From Flectonema sp. DT1601 (Eukaryota), in contig OZ025790.1 in NCBI GenBank assembly GCA_964019425.1, positions 1,178,001 to 1,242,000 on the forward strand: a DNA stretch of 64,000 nucleotides, given 5' to 3'. Both the position numbers and the translations under genes were made by a program. Positions 12,314-24,014 of this stretch are shown here, one piece after another (position 1 is the first letter of the stretch; every line of letters starts with the position of its first letter). A model generated the notes under the pieces. It did no database searches, was not told where the DNA came from, and saw only the letters and a program-made list of their open reading frames with translations.

Positions 12314-13616
12314 CAAAATGTCAACCGTTCCTGACATGTTCACCTTTCTGTAGACAGCTACTGCATGTAGTAAGCCTTATGAATAAATGAAATGATCCAC
12401 ACCTTATGGATGCGAGGGAATTGCTGTTTTGCGGTGCTTCTATCTTTCCCGAGATTCTTTCTTGCTCTCTCTCTCGTGCTTATTGTCGACCGAAAGTGTA
12501 AAAAAGAACGAAAGAAAGAAAGAAAAAAAAAAAAAAAATTAACAATTTCGCGTGGTTTTAGTTAAGTTAGTTAATATATCCCTCTTGGTCTGGGACGCGT
12601 TCTTTTTTTTTTTTTTTTTTTTTATGAGGGCAAACTTTTTTTTAATGTCTTCTTATCTCAATCATAGTTGTTTGTCTTCTTCTGTTGACTTTTGTTTGCG
12701 ACCACAAGCAAAAGTCAAATAAGCCAATAGAATGCAGCTTACCGTTGTTTAATTATCCCTATCTAAACTTTTTTTTTTTTTTTTTTCCCGGTTTTTCAAG
12801 AAATATTATTATTTCTTTTTTGTTGTTTATATTCACCTCCAGTAGCAGCGCTGTGGGTAGCTGTTTGGTTAAAAAAACATAAGGGTATTTTTTGCTAAAT
12901 GTAAAAAAAACCCAAAAAAGATTAAAATAAAGGAACCTATCCCTTACTGTTTAGTGTTGGTTAGGATCCCATAATTGCCGCTGTTGCCTCTTTGTGAAGG
13001 CTGTCTTTCTGTTATTTATGTGTTTCCGAATGATGTCTTCTGTAAGTCAGATTTCCCCATTTTTTTTCCTTTTCGACCAGCAGCTGATTGCAGTCTTGGT
13101 CGATGAGGCTGTTTTGTATGTTCTCTTCAACACCTTGAATAGCGTTTTTTTTGCGATTAGCTTTTTATTTATTTATCTAACTGTTCTCGTACTCTTATGA
13201 TATAGAGATAGTGATGCAATCTTTCAATGAGTTATTTCATTGTGTTTTGTTTCTTGTCAAAGCAACAGAGAAAAAAAAGGAAGACGACTACCACCACGAC
13301 GGGTAGTCTCTACCTTTGATGGTGTGGAGGAGTTGACCTTGTGATGAATAATTAAATTCTTCTTTCTTTTTAAAGTTAAAATCTGACAAAAAAACTGTTT
13401 TTTGTAGAAGATTTTCTCAAAGCCGTTTTCTATTTCTTTTTTTAAAAATATGTTGGTGTCGTACTTACCATGAAAAGTGTTAATTGTTTCTGCTGTTGGC
13501 GTTCTTTAAGACTTTCACTTCCATTCCTGAACTGTGAAGTTCCTTAACTTAGAAATCGGATGTCGATGGCTATCGGCACTGCTCCCGTCAATTTCTTTTA
13601 TCGAGAGTGTAACCTA

Positions 13617-13643
13617 ACCCAGGTTCGATTCCTGGTGAGCATA
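13617..13643 (+). other. Isolated tRNA-like T-arm/B-box fragment
   Basis: CCAGGTTCGATTCCTGG hairpin with the GTTCGA B-box; no D-arm or acceptor stem recognisable. Confidence 0.35.
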
Positions 13644-14018
13644 ACCTTACTGTTTCTATATTGTCAAAATATTCCCCTAATTTACTTCATAACAACGAAT
13701 GGTAGGCATATTTGAGTTTTTCGAAGTACTCTAAGCGATTACCTTCTGATAGGTAATTTAAGGATCAGAACTAACTTTACGATGAGTTCTTAAGTAAGTC
13801 TTCGGGGGAGGGTATAAAAATAAAAGTGTTTTACTAACGTTGGTGACACTCACTCACCAGTATTTTTTGGATTTATCTTCTTTTGTTTCTTATGGATTAA
13901 TTGAGGTTTTTCTGTAGGTTCTGTTTTTATTGTTAGCGTGGAGGGTCATTTATAAATTTTATGTTCACAAAACAGTAATAGAGTTGACCACATGATAAAC
14001 AACTAACTAATCACAAAT

Positions 14019-16524
14019 ATGACTAACTTTAGAGGGTTAGTTCCGTCACCGCTGATGAATATTCCTGCACCGCTTGTTAATGTGCCATTGGGACTGCCGC
14101 CTTTACATCATCAACAGCGTGAGGGTAGTTCCACTCCTAGTATTATTGATGCCTCCACTAGTAAGAAAGATGACTCGGTTGATAATTTGAAAAGTACCAA
14201 CAGTTTTGATCCGTTTTCTAATTTGAGAGTTGACGGAGTTACGCAGGTTGCAGTTCCACCAGTTTCAGTTTCTCCCAGGAATCCACTACTAAGGAAGGAG
14301 GTAACAATTACATCACCGATGGCAAACATGAGGAGAACAAGTAATAGCACTACTGATCTTGTCCGTCGTAGGAGTTCTGGATTCTCACTGTCTGAAGTTG
14401 AGGAGCTGAAGATCGAAGATGAAGAACGATGTTCTCGATTTTATGATAACTTAGAAACCAGTCAAGACGGTACTATTGGTGTTCAAGAACTTGTGTCGTC
14501 CTGCAGGTTAATAGGACTGCAAGTCTCTGAAAGATACATCGTTGAAATATTCGATTCTGTACCTAAAAATTCACAATGGAAACTAACCAGACAAGAATAC
14601 TTAAACTTCATGAGAATTATAAAATGCCTAGTCACTCCAGAAGTATGGAAGGCCTCCCTCGATAAGATGGATTGGGTTGGTAAGGCCATATTACGAGAAA
14701 GTGATCTTCCAAGACAGAGACTTGAATACATCAATGACGCGATTCGAGGAGGAGATCGTCGAATGTTTTTTATAAAACAATACATTTGGGAATTGTACTA
14801 CATCATCGCACCTCTCTACTACGCTGCAATCCTACCACTATCACTCATAACCAGAGACACTGACGTGCATGCTGTTCGAATAGCGTGGGAGTTCCTGCTT
14901 ACTGCCATTGCTTTCTTTGATGCATTTAGAAATGCGAATGCCAACGATAAAGTGGTTCGGTTAATTGTTGACGTCCCAGCTGTGATCCCTTTAGACCTCC
15001 TTGGTATATTACTAAATCAGCAAACTGTATTCGCTTTGGGTTATGCCATCAGACTTCTCGCAGTTTTCAAAATAAATTCAATTTTAACTTTAAAAAAAGG
15101 AGGAATCCTATCTGCGACACTTGTTCGATTTTCAACTGGATACTTACCTTTGTTTCGTCAGATCTTTTTTGTTCTGTTGACGGTGCACTTGGTGACCTGT
15201 TTGTTTATTACTGCAGCGTGTTTGACTGAAGGATGCCGTGCGATGCCTAGTTTTGACGAGTATCAGACAGGAATATATTGGACGCTATACACTATCTCTA
15301 GTGTTGGTTATGGTGATATCCCTGTCGACACTAAGGATGCGAGAGCCCTAGCGACAGTTTGTTTCTGTTTATCGATTGTAGTAAACGGGTGGTTGGTAGG
15401 TAGAGTTACCAGTTATATGGTCCTCGACACTGAGGGTGAAAAACAACAAATGATGCATCGAACCCTACAAGTCATAACACATTATCACCTTCCTCAGGAT
15501 GTGGTTGAAGATATTCTAACACTTCAGCATTACATGTTGGGTAAAAAAATAGCTTTGAAATCTTTTACTGAAGTAGTTGAGGGATTCCCAACCGTAGTTA
15601 GAGAACAGCTATCGCTGTACGTGAGAGTGGAACACATGAATCAGATCCCACTGTTTTTATCTCTTTCTCCTTTTTGTAAGGTATGGGACTCTTTTTAGTT
15701 TATGTCGCATTGTCGTAGTACACCTCGAGAAGGAAGGAAAAAAAAAAAAAAAAAAAAAACAGGTTGCCCTCGCCGAAGTGCTGGAGACTAAAATACTAGC
15801 AAGAGAGGAACACGTCATTGTCGAGGGTGAAAAGGGTACTTTCATGTTTTTTGTATTGCATGGATTTGCTCAAGTTGTGAAGGGATCAAAACACGTTGCC
15901 ACTCTCACTAAGGGAGCAATGGCAGGTGAGATGGCCTTAATGCAAAATGAGTCTCTCCGTTCAGCTACAATTACTACACTAACTTTGTGTGAGATTCTTA
16001 CACTTGAGAGAGAGGATTTCGAATGTATTTCAGAAAAGCATCCTTCCCTCAGACTGAGTATCGAGTCAGAGGTATCTCGTAGGGTTCAAGGACCCTCTGC
16101 TACTGACGAAGGTGAACGAAAGAAACTACGACGACGACACACTTTAGTTGGTAATGCAATAGGTAAACATTTACAACGTCGAAACTTAGAAAATAGAGGA
16201 ATGAAAATAGCCAGTGACGAAGAGTTCCCTTCACGATTAGATGAATGCCGCACGCCAAGATGTAATGATTTACCAGCTGAGAGAAGACTGAGCGCCTTAT
16301 CTCAAATGGATGACTTCGCATCTAATCCGTCTCCGTCTTCTCGTCAGAAGTTATTTGACGTTCATCTTCCAACACCAAACTTTGGTAGTAGTCCTGCTGC
16401 TGTTTCTGATATTAATATGATGCAAATTAATGATAAACTAAACTTAATCCTGGACAACCAGAAGTGGTTGGGAAGGAGGATATCGGAAATTAAAAAACTT
16501 TCAGACAGCCACAGAGGCATATAA
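14019..16524 (+). CDS. Cyclic-nucleotide-binding-domain K+ channel (KCNH/HCN-like) with N-terminal EF-hand-like region; 2 exons (14019-15680, 15763-16524)
   Basis: Pore YWTLYTISSVGYGD; CNBD EGEKGTFMFFVLHG...GEMAL...RSATITTLT; EF-like ETSQDGTIGVQEL; phase-0 intron 15681-15762. Confidence 0.9.
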
Positions 16525-17987
16525 GAAAACACTCACCTTACTGACTCAGAACCTATTCGACGTCAATTTGTGTCCCTATTCATGGTGCGTGAAACTTTTT
16601 ACCTCTTCTGCTTTGCAAGAATCGTGAAGGCCAGTGACATAAGTCTTTGTGCGTGTTATACTGTTCTGTTTTTTTATTTTTTTTTTTCATTTTACTTATA
16701 TTTTTTTTTTTTTTCCCCCCATTCAATATCTGTTTATTAGTCTTGTGCGATTTTCTGGAACATGTGGTTTTTCAATATTCACAACAACAACAACAACAAC
16801 AACAACACCGACAAAAAAGAATTATCGTTGCAATTTTTTTTTTTTTTTGTTTGTTTGTTTGTTTGTTGTTGTTTCCTCTCTCCCAAAAAACATATTGCGA
16901 TTTACACTATAGTTATTGTTACCTAAACCCCCCTGTTCTTTTCTGAACAAAATATACTCTTCTTCATGTACTTATGTACTTGAGGAAGGAACACATACAC
17001 ATCAACTTGTCAGCACATTTCAATTCTGAGGGAACTTTTTGGTTAAGGATCTGATAAAATAATTTTATGGAAAATAAAGAAAACCAACCCATGCGATTAT
17101 TCAACGTGTCCATGGCTTTTATTCTTGTGACTTGATTAGTTTTTATTTTTTTATTTTTTTTTTTATAATATAAGTATCGGGGAGGTTTCTTTTTGGAAGA
17201 AATTAAAAAAAAAAAAAAAAAAAGGAAATGCACATCTTTTATTGATAGCTATTGGTGATTTCTTTCCAATTAGTGAAATCTGATGGCGCATACTGCGGTG
17301 TCGAATATCTCATTCAAATTGAGATTATCTCTTAACTAAAGTGATTGTGATTGCGACGTATTCCTTTTTTTTTTTTTTTTTTTTTGATGTGCAATCAAAG
17401 CAAAACTCAAGCCTGTCTTCAAGAATGTTGATTGCGACGCGCAGTAAGCAATGTGATTGACTTTCTTATCTATTGACAGCAGTCTGCTTTCTTTTTGTTC
17501 TTTCTTGGGTATTTTCTCAAAAGGGATCGCATGTTTGGTTTACACTTTTAGGTTATGACACGGCATAAGCACAGTACCTCAAGTGTGCGACTGGAGGGAA
17601 TAAAACAGAAAATCCGAAACCACTATTATGTATTATGGTGTGGCACACTGGGATTACGATTTCATAATAATTAAATTACGTTCAGTTTCCCCTTCCCGTT
17701 CTCTTGACAGGAACGTCTACACTATCTTCGTGAAGAAGGCATGATGGATTTGAAATGGGAAAAAAAAAAAAAAAAAAAAATTGAATTCCTTGACTTTTGT
17801 TTACTACTTATGTTGTTCTCTCTGGTGACGTTTGTACGTAAAGAGACGAAGCTTTAAAAATTATTTTTTCCTGGTTCTCGAGGAGACGTGTTACAGCAAC
17901 AAAAGGAACTTGTTATCTTATTAGTGATCTTTGTCTAAATAATGATATTTTCTGTTTACAGCTTTTCCTCTTAACCACTTTACTAAA

Positions 17988-18428
17988 ATGATGCACAAAT
18001 GTCGTGGATGTCATTTTTCGATTACTGGTGTGAGTCCAACTAACTGCTGCCATGCATGTGAGAGGAGACCAGGGAATCACGGACCCCATTGTAAACAGGT
18101 TATCCATAGACCAATTGCTCATGGACATCACCACCACCCTCATGCTCACGGTCACCCTCATGCTCATTGTCCTCCAGTAGTAAGCTTCCCGATGTTGACT
18201 GGTGTTTGGATGGCTGATCAAGGAGCATCGAATCAGACTTCAATTGCTCAAGCAGGAGGAAACATTACTTGTACCAACCCTGGACAGCCATGGTCACCTG
18301 CTACTGGTATCGTACATGCTAACAGAAGCATCACCTTTCACTCAGGTTTGGTTGGCATGACCGGAACGTTTGATGGCATGAACAGAATCACCTTCAGCAA
18401 CGGATGTAGCTGGACAAGAACTGCGTAG
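17988..18428 (+). CDS. Small Cys/His-rich putative metal-binding protein with a C-terminal beta-rich domain
   Basis: CRGC..CCHAC..HGPHC, then HGHHHHPHAHGHPHAH; coding-like composition; upstream acceptor TTTACAG at 17961. Confidence 0.75.
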   Translation: MMHKCRGCHFSITGVSPTNCCHACERRPGNHGPHCKQVIHRPIAHGHHHHPHAHGHPHAHCPPVVSFPMLTGVWMADQGASNQTSIAQAGGNITCTNPGQPWSPATGIVHANRSITFHSGLVGMTGTFDGMNRITFSNGCSWTRTA

Positions 18429-18979
18429 TTTCAAGTAAGGAAAAAAAAACAACAATAAAACATGATTTGAATCTTTTTTATACCCCCCTGTGGGGTGTTC
18501 CACTCCACAGAGTTGACCCACACTCAATTACGTGATTCTCGCTGATTGAAAATGGGTAGTATCCTGCTCAAAGGAAAATTGGAAAGAAAAAGAAACAAAA
18601 CATTTTTAAAAAAAAAAAAAAAAAAATTCAATTTTATGCTTCGCCCTTTGTAATCTGCGTTCGATTCCTACAGCACAGTTTTACGAAAAAAAAAAAAAAA
18701 AAAAAGGAACCTTCCAATGGTTCTGTTTCCCGTTCCTTTTTCTTGCAAGTTTGGGTCACCATTCCAGGTGCCAGACTTTCTCATTGATTTCACTGAAAGA
18801 CAGAAGTGTTAGCAGTAAACGAGCCTCCGTGGAGTATCCTTTATTGTGTTTGTGTTTATGTTGAATGCTTGCATTGTCTGTCGTGTCTTTTTTTTATATT
18901 TTTTTCTGCATAAATCGGAAGTCCGTTCTTCCTTATTATTTTTTATTTCTGTTCTTGATAATACAATCTACTTTAACTA

Positions 18980-19075
18980 ACTAACTAGGTAACATTGGGT
19001 AGTGGGGAATGGTCCGAAGAAAGACGTAGCCCGAAACTAACCATTATTTGTTTGTTGTCGTACAAAAGTTTTTTT

Positions 19076-19107
<32 letters not shown>

Positions 19108-19143
19108 GATTGACTGATAATTATTACTAACCAGGTAACATTG
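18980..19143 (+). mobile_element. 5'-truncated copy of the short hammerhead-bearing retro-type element (including TSDs)
   Basis: Shares GGGGAATGGTCCGAAGAAAGA..TAGCCCGAAAC..TTGTTTGTTGTC..T(n)GATTGACTGATAATTATTA with 48046-48147; 18-bp TSD ACTAAC(T/C)AGGTAACATTG at 18980-18997 and 19126-19143. Confidence 0.85.
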
Positions 19144-19276
19144 AGATCCCACAATAGGCTCACGGAGAGTTCACAGATGATAAAAAATGAAGTCTATTTG
19201 ACATGTAATCAGTTTTAAAAAAAATAATATTATTTACATTCTTCCAGGGGTATAAACTCCCTCTTCTCACATCAAG

Positions 19277-20816
19277 ATGGTGTACGCTTTGTATGAACTC
19301 TCAACTGGTTATTCCCTTTTTAAAGTCGTCGATGCCGACAAGGGAAAATTCAAGCTAGCAGCATTCCGTCCATTTAAGGACGCGAAGGAAGCTCTTCAGG
19401 CGGGTATGACGATGGTGAATGCTGATGTATCGAACATGCTTAAGAAATTCTTAAAGAAGAACCTTGTTGACAAGTCAATCAGTGATGATCTTGCTGTTGT
19501 TGATAAGAAGTTAGGAAAGGCTATTAAAGATTCAATGAGCATCCCTTGCATTCACGGAGAGAGTGTTCACGAAATGATCAGAAAGATTGGTGAACAGATT
19601 AACGATTTAGTGAAGGAATCAACTGAGCAGGCCAGCAACCAAGCCGCGCTCGCATTGGGACACAACCTTGCAAGATACAGATTGAAATTCTCTTCTGATA
19701 AGATAGATTTGATGATCGTACAAGCAATCGCTCTCATGGACGATCTTGACAAGGAACTCAACACCTACATTATGCGTGTAAAGGAATGGTACGGTTGGCA
19801 TTTCCCAGAAATGCAGAAGATCGTAAAGGACAACATCCAATACGCTAAGGTTGTAGTCACCTGCAGAACTCGTGAAGGAGTTATGACTACCGACCTTGGT
19901 GACATTTTGGAGGAAGACGTTGAGAAGACTCTTAAGGAGGTATGTTCATACCAATTTTTTATTTTTCCAAAGCAACATGACTAAAGTAATATTTCACACT
20001 AAAACAGGTTGCCGCAGTGTCGATGGGAACTGATATCGCTGCTGACGACGTAACCAACGTCACCAGACTTGCAAAGGAGGCAGTTGAGCTTCAGGACTAC
20101 AGAGAACAACTTGGAGAGTACCTCCGTCACAGAATGCAGGCAATCGCCCCAAACTTGACTGAAATGGTTGGTGAGTTGATTGGTTCCCGTTTGATCTCAA
20201 AGGCAGGATCCCTTCTTCAGCTTGCTAAGCACCCTGCTTCAACTGTCCAATTGCTTGGAGCTGAGAAGGCTCTCTTCAAGGCATTGAAGGCTCGTGAGGC
20301 AACTCCAAAGTACGGTTTGATCTTCCAGACTAACATCATTGGACAAGCTGCTAAGGAACACAAGGGTAAGATTGCTCGTGTTCTCGCTGCTAAGACATCT
20401 CTCGCCGCACGTATTGACTCCTTCAACGAGGATGCCAACCCAACCTCTGAATCTGGTCACTCCTTCAGAGACACAGTTGAAAGAAGACTTTCAATCCTTG
20501 ATGGTTCCATCGGATACGGAATGAAGAAGAAGGTTAAGGCCTCGGGATCATCTGCCTACAACAGAGAAGCCGAACAGGGAGCTGCCGCCACCCCAGCAAA
20601 GCAGGCTGACTTCATTATTGATGTATGTATTTAAGAATATTTTTATTTTATGAAAACTGTCTTCCTATTACCAAATACCCACAGCAATCCAAGAAGGAGA
20701 AGAAAGAGAAGAAGGAAAAGAAGGAGAAGAAGAAGCGTTCTGAGGATGATGCTGACGGCGACAAGGAAGTCAAGAAGGCTAAGAAGGAGAAGAAGGAGAA
20801 GAAGTCAAAGAAATAG
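19277..20816 (+). CDS. NOP58: Nucleolar protein 58 (box C/D snoRNP); 3 exons (19277-19939, 20008-20622, 20685-20816)
   Basis: HNLARYRLKFSSDKIDLMIVQAIALMDDLDKELNTYIMRVKEWYGWHFPE; PASTVQLLGAEKALF..TPKYGLI; KKE-rich tail; introns 19940-20007 and 20623-20684 are in phase. Confidence 0.93.
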
Positions 20817-22162
20817 ACATCACGATCTGATCTTTTTTCACCCCCCTGCTGCCTGTTTGTCTCAAAAAAAAGGTGATTTAGTGAGGTGAGGTTCATCATA
20901 ATCGTATACGCAATGTTCTATATACATTTTTTCTTTTTTTTTTCACTAAAATATTTTTTTTTTTTCCCCTTTGTTGGAGGGGGGGTGGAGGAATAAAGGA
21001 TGGGGGAAGGCATCATCATTAGGACTAGTTTTTGCTCTCTCTCGTCAATTATCTTCCAGGGGGTTGGGCGGGGAAATAAACAAGCTTCGAGCACAACTAT
21101 AAGAGATTCTTACTTTTTTATATCTCACTAGAGTAGGTATGTTAGGTAGTGAACTCTAATCGAAGTTTGTTCCCGTTTAACTTAAAACAAAAACAAAAAA
21201 ACCAACAAAAAAAACAAAAAAAAACAACGAAAAAAAAAAAAAAAAAAAAAACCATTTCCCCCTGTTTCCCATTCCCACCCAATTATCATTTATTTTTTTA
21301 TATTTCTATTTTTTCTTCTTGGGGCTGCAAACTAAGTGACTCTGAGTCTCTTTTTGAAAAAGTTCTACAGGAATCGAGTTAAAAAAAGAGTGCAGAAGGG
21401 AGCCCACTAAAAATAAATACCCTTAACCCAACTATCACACAAAAAAATAAAAAAAAATTTTAGAACATCCTCGGAAAAAAGGTCTTCCTCAGCAACTTAG
21501 AAGAGGCGGGCAGGGAAACTAATTGGATGAAGACAAGGATGTAGTTCTAAAGGAAAAAAAAAAAAAAAATCCCATTTTTTCTTTTCTTCCCCTGAGTGTT
21601 TTTTTTTTTTGCAAAGAACGAAAAAAAAAAAAAAAAAAAAAAGAATTTTTTATATCCCTCATCCCTTATGCAAGTGTTCCCACTGCGACGTAGAAGAAAA
21701 AAAAAATCTTTGGCGGCTTCGTACAACCAGGGAGACAATATAACTTACGAAGAAACCTGGTGCTTCCCTGAGGGATTGTTAATTGCGATCAAAAAAAAAA
21801 AGACCCAACCCCCCAACCAACCCGCTCACAGGGAACTATATCAACAGCAGTGAGGAACAGAATTTAAAAAAAAAAAAGGACAATAACTTTAAAAAAAAAA
21901 AAAAAAAAGAAGAAGAAGAAGAAGAAGAATAAGGAAGAAGCCATTGCATGCCTTAGCCGCAGATTGTTCTCTCCTCCCCATTCACTCTTTCGATCACGTG
22001 TATGTTACTATTGTCTATGATGGGTTTTTAATATTTCTTTTTCTTCTCTCATATTCATAGGAGGATAGAATAAGACGATGAAGTGGCAACATGGCTGAAC
22101 TCATTTTTGTTAATAACCATTTTCATCACAGCTCTCCTCAACACTCCTGACGGAGTAACAAC

Positions 22163-23563
22163 ATGAGGGAAGCAGCCGTATTCTTATGTGGTGTGAGTGC
22201 AACTATTACTTCTCTGTGGTGTGCTCGAAGATGTTCAAATAAAAGTAGACTCTCTCAAACAACAACAGATATAATATTAGAAACAACAACATCACCTACT
22301 TACCTTATAGAACATGAAGAGTTAAAAGATAGCTTTGAAAGTAGAGATCTACCAGCCTGTGTCAATTCTGGTGATGAAAGCAGTGTTGCGAGTCCTAATC
22401 AATTATTGGATTCACCTGATATCCGACCATCGTTTAATCCAATTGTTAGAATGTGTTCAAGTGAAGTCAGACTGACACCTTCGTTAGAAAAAGGAGAAGA
22501 TTCAGATGGTAATAAAACTATTAACCAATACACTATAATTTCTGACATCGGTCGTGGGTCTTTTAGTAAAGTTAAGCTGGCCTTTGATAACAATAGCGAC
22601 TCTCCCAGAGCTGTGAAAATAATGAGAAAGTCTCAAGTGAGACGAGATTCGGGAATGATCCGCGAACTCGCGGTGATGAAAAAAACAAATCACAAAAATA
22701 TTGTAAACTTGTTTGAAGTAATAGACGAACCTGGAACTGGAAAAGTTTATTTTATACTCGAGTTTATTGCAGGTGGTCCAGTTGCACACATTAAACTGAA
22801 TGGTCATTTGAAGGAAGAAGTTTTTTCATATCAGCGAGTCCATTCGATACTTGTTGATGTTGCTTCTGGTTTAGAATACCTTCATTTACAAAGGATTATC
22901 CATAGAGATATCAAACCTGAAAACTTATTAGTCGCGAGAAACGGAACTGTTAAAATAACTGATTTCGGAGTATCAGCCGTTCAAAGCCAAGACGGAACTA
23001 GTCACTTGTCGGGACATGGAACTCCAGCATTCAATCCCCCGGAATCGAACTGGGCAAAATCTGAACGCGCATCAGTACCTGTCAGCAGTGTTGATGTTTG
23101 GGGAATGGGAATTACTCTTTATGCTTTGAAGTTTGGTAAAATTCCATTTAATTTTAAAGATAAATCTCTCGTATTGTTGTCAGATTCGATAAGAGAAAGA
23201 TCAATCGAGTTCCCAACAGATAGCAATCCAGCCTTTGTTGATATCCTAACTGCTATGCTTTGTAAGAATCCTTACCAAAGAGTTAGCATATCCGACTTGG
23301 GTAGATTTTCATTTGTTCGAAAGGGAGCACTTGATCACAGTTCTAATCAACCAATCACTGTCTCAAGTTCAGAGTGTGACAGTGCTGTTACATCTCTCTC
23401 TGTTGGACAAAGGGTTTTCATGGTTGCAAAGGTTAAGTCTCGAATGAAGCAAAAAAGACTTAGCGCTAGAAGATCACTGTTACAACGACAACACTCGAGT
23501 GAATCACCTGAGCAATATCGAGGAAGGAGCCTCCCAACTCCGTTGGCGGTTCCGCAATTATAA
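22163..23563 (+). CDS. CaMKK/SAK1-like Ser/Thr protein kinase with an N-terminal hydrophobic anchor
   Basis: KTINQY..IGRGSFSKVKLA, AVK, HRDIKPEN, DFG, GTPAFNPPE. Confidence 0.88.
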   Translation: MREAAVFLCGVSATITSLWCARRCSNKSRLSQTTTDIILETTTSPTYLIEHEELKDSFESRDLPACVNSGDESSVASPNQLLDSPDIRPSFNPIVRMCSSEVRLTPSLEKGEDSDGNKTINQYTIISDIGRGSFSKVKLAFDNNSDSPRAVKIMRKSQVRRDSGMIRELAVMKKTNHKNIVNLFEVIDEPGTGKVYFILEFIAGGPVAHIKLNGHLKEEVFSYQRVHSILVDVASGLEYLHLQRIIHRDIKPENLLVARNGTVKITDFGVSAVQSQDGTSHLSGHGTPAFNPPESNWAKSERASVPVSSVDVWGMGITLYALKFGKIPFNFKDKSLVLLSDSIRERSIEFPTDSNPAFVDILTAMLCKNPYQRVSISDLGRFSFVRKGALDHSSNQPITVSSSECDSAVTSLSVGQRVFMVAKVKSRMKQKRLSARRSLLQRQHSSESPEQYRGRSLPTPLAVPQL

Positions 23564-24014
23564 GCTGCAATAGTTATCTTAATAACCGATCGAGGAAAAG
23601 GCTCCTAAAAAAGGTTTTCTGTTCCACCCCGACAAACGAATTATCTCTGTTTTGGATTCTTATGTTTTTTTTTCTTTTTTTTTTCTTTCTTTTGAATTAA
23701 TAAAGTTAAGCGAAGGAACCACAAAAAAAAAAAAAAAAAAAAAAGTATATTTTTCTTTACAGCCAAATACTTTAGTTTTTAAGTTCCTGTCTAGGAGTCA
23801 ATTCACAATGAGCTCTCGGTGTTTTTTTTTATTTAATTAATACTTCTGTGAAAAATTTATTACTAACTGTTCCACATTGAGATTTACTCACGGAGTTTCG
23901 GTTTACTTGCTTTTTGCTTGTATTATGATAAACGATAGCTACTCAGAGTAGAAAATCTTTTTTATATTTATATTTTTTATATTTTTTCACAGTAGCCTAT
24001 TTCTAGTAAAGAAG

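Noticed and set aside
13341..13387. TGATGA...CTGA possible box C/D snoRNA
   Set aside because: Too short, AT-rich and without an identifiable guide sequence.
13648..13663. ACTGTTTCTATATTG resembling the 3' end of a euglenozoan spliced leader
   Set aside because: Imperfect and short, with no recognisable remainder of the SL exon or SL RNA structure.
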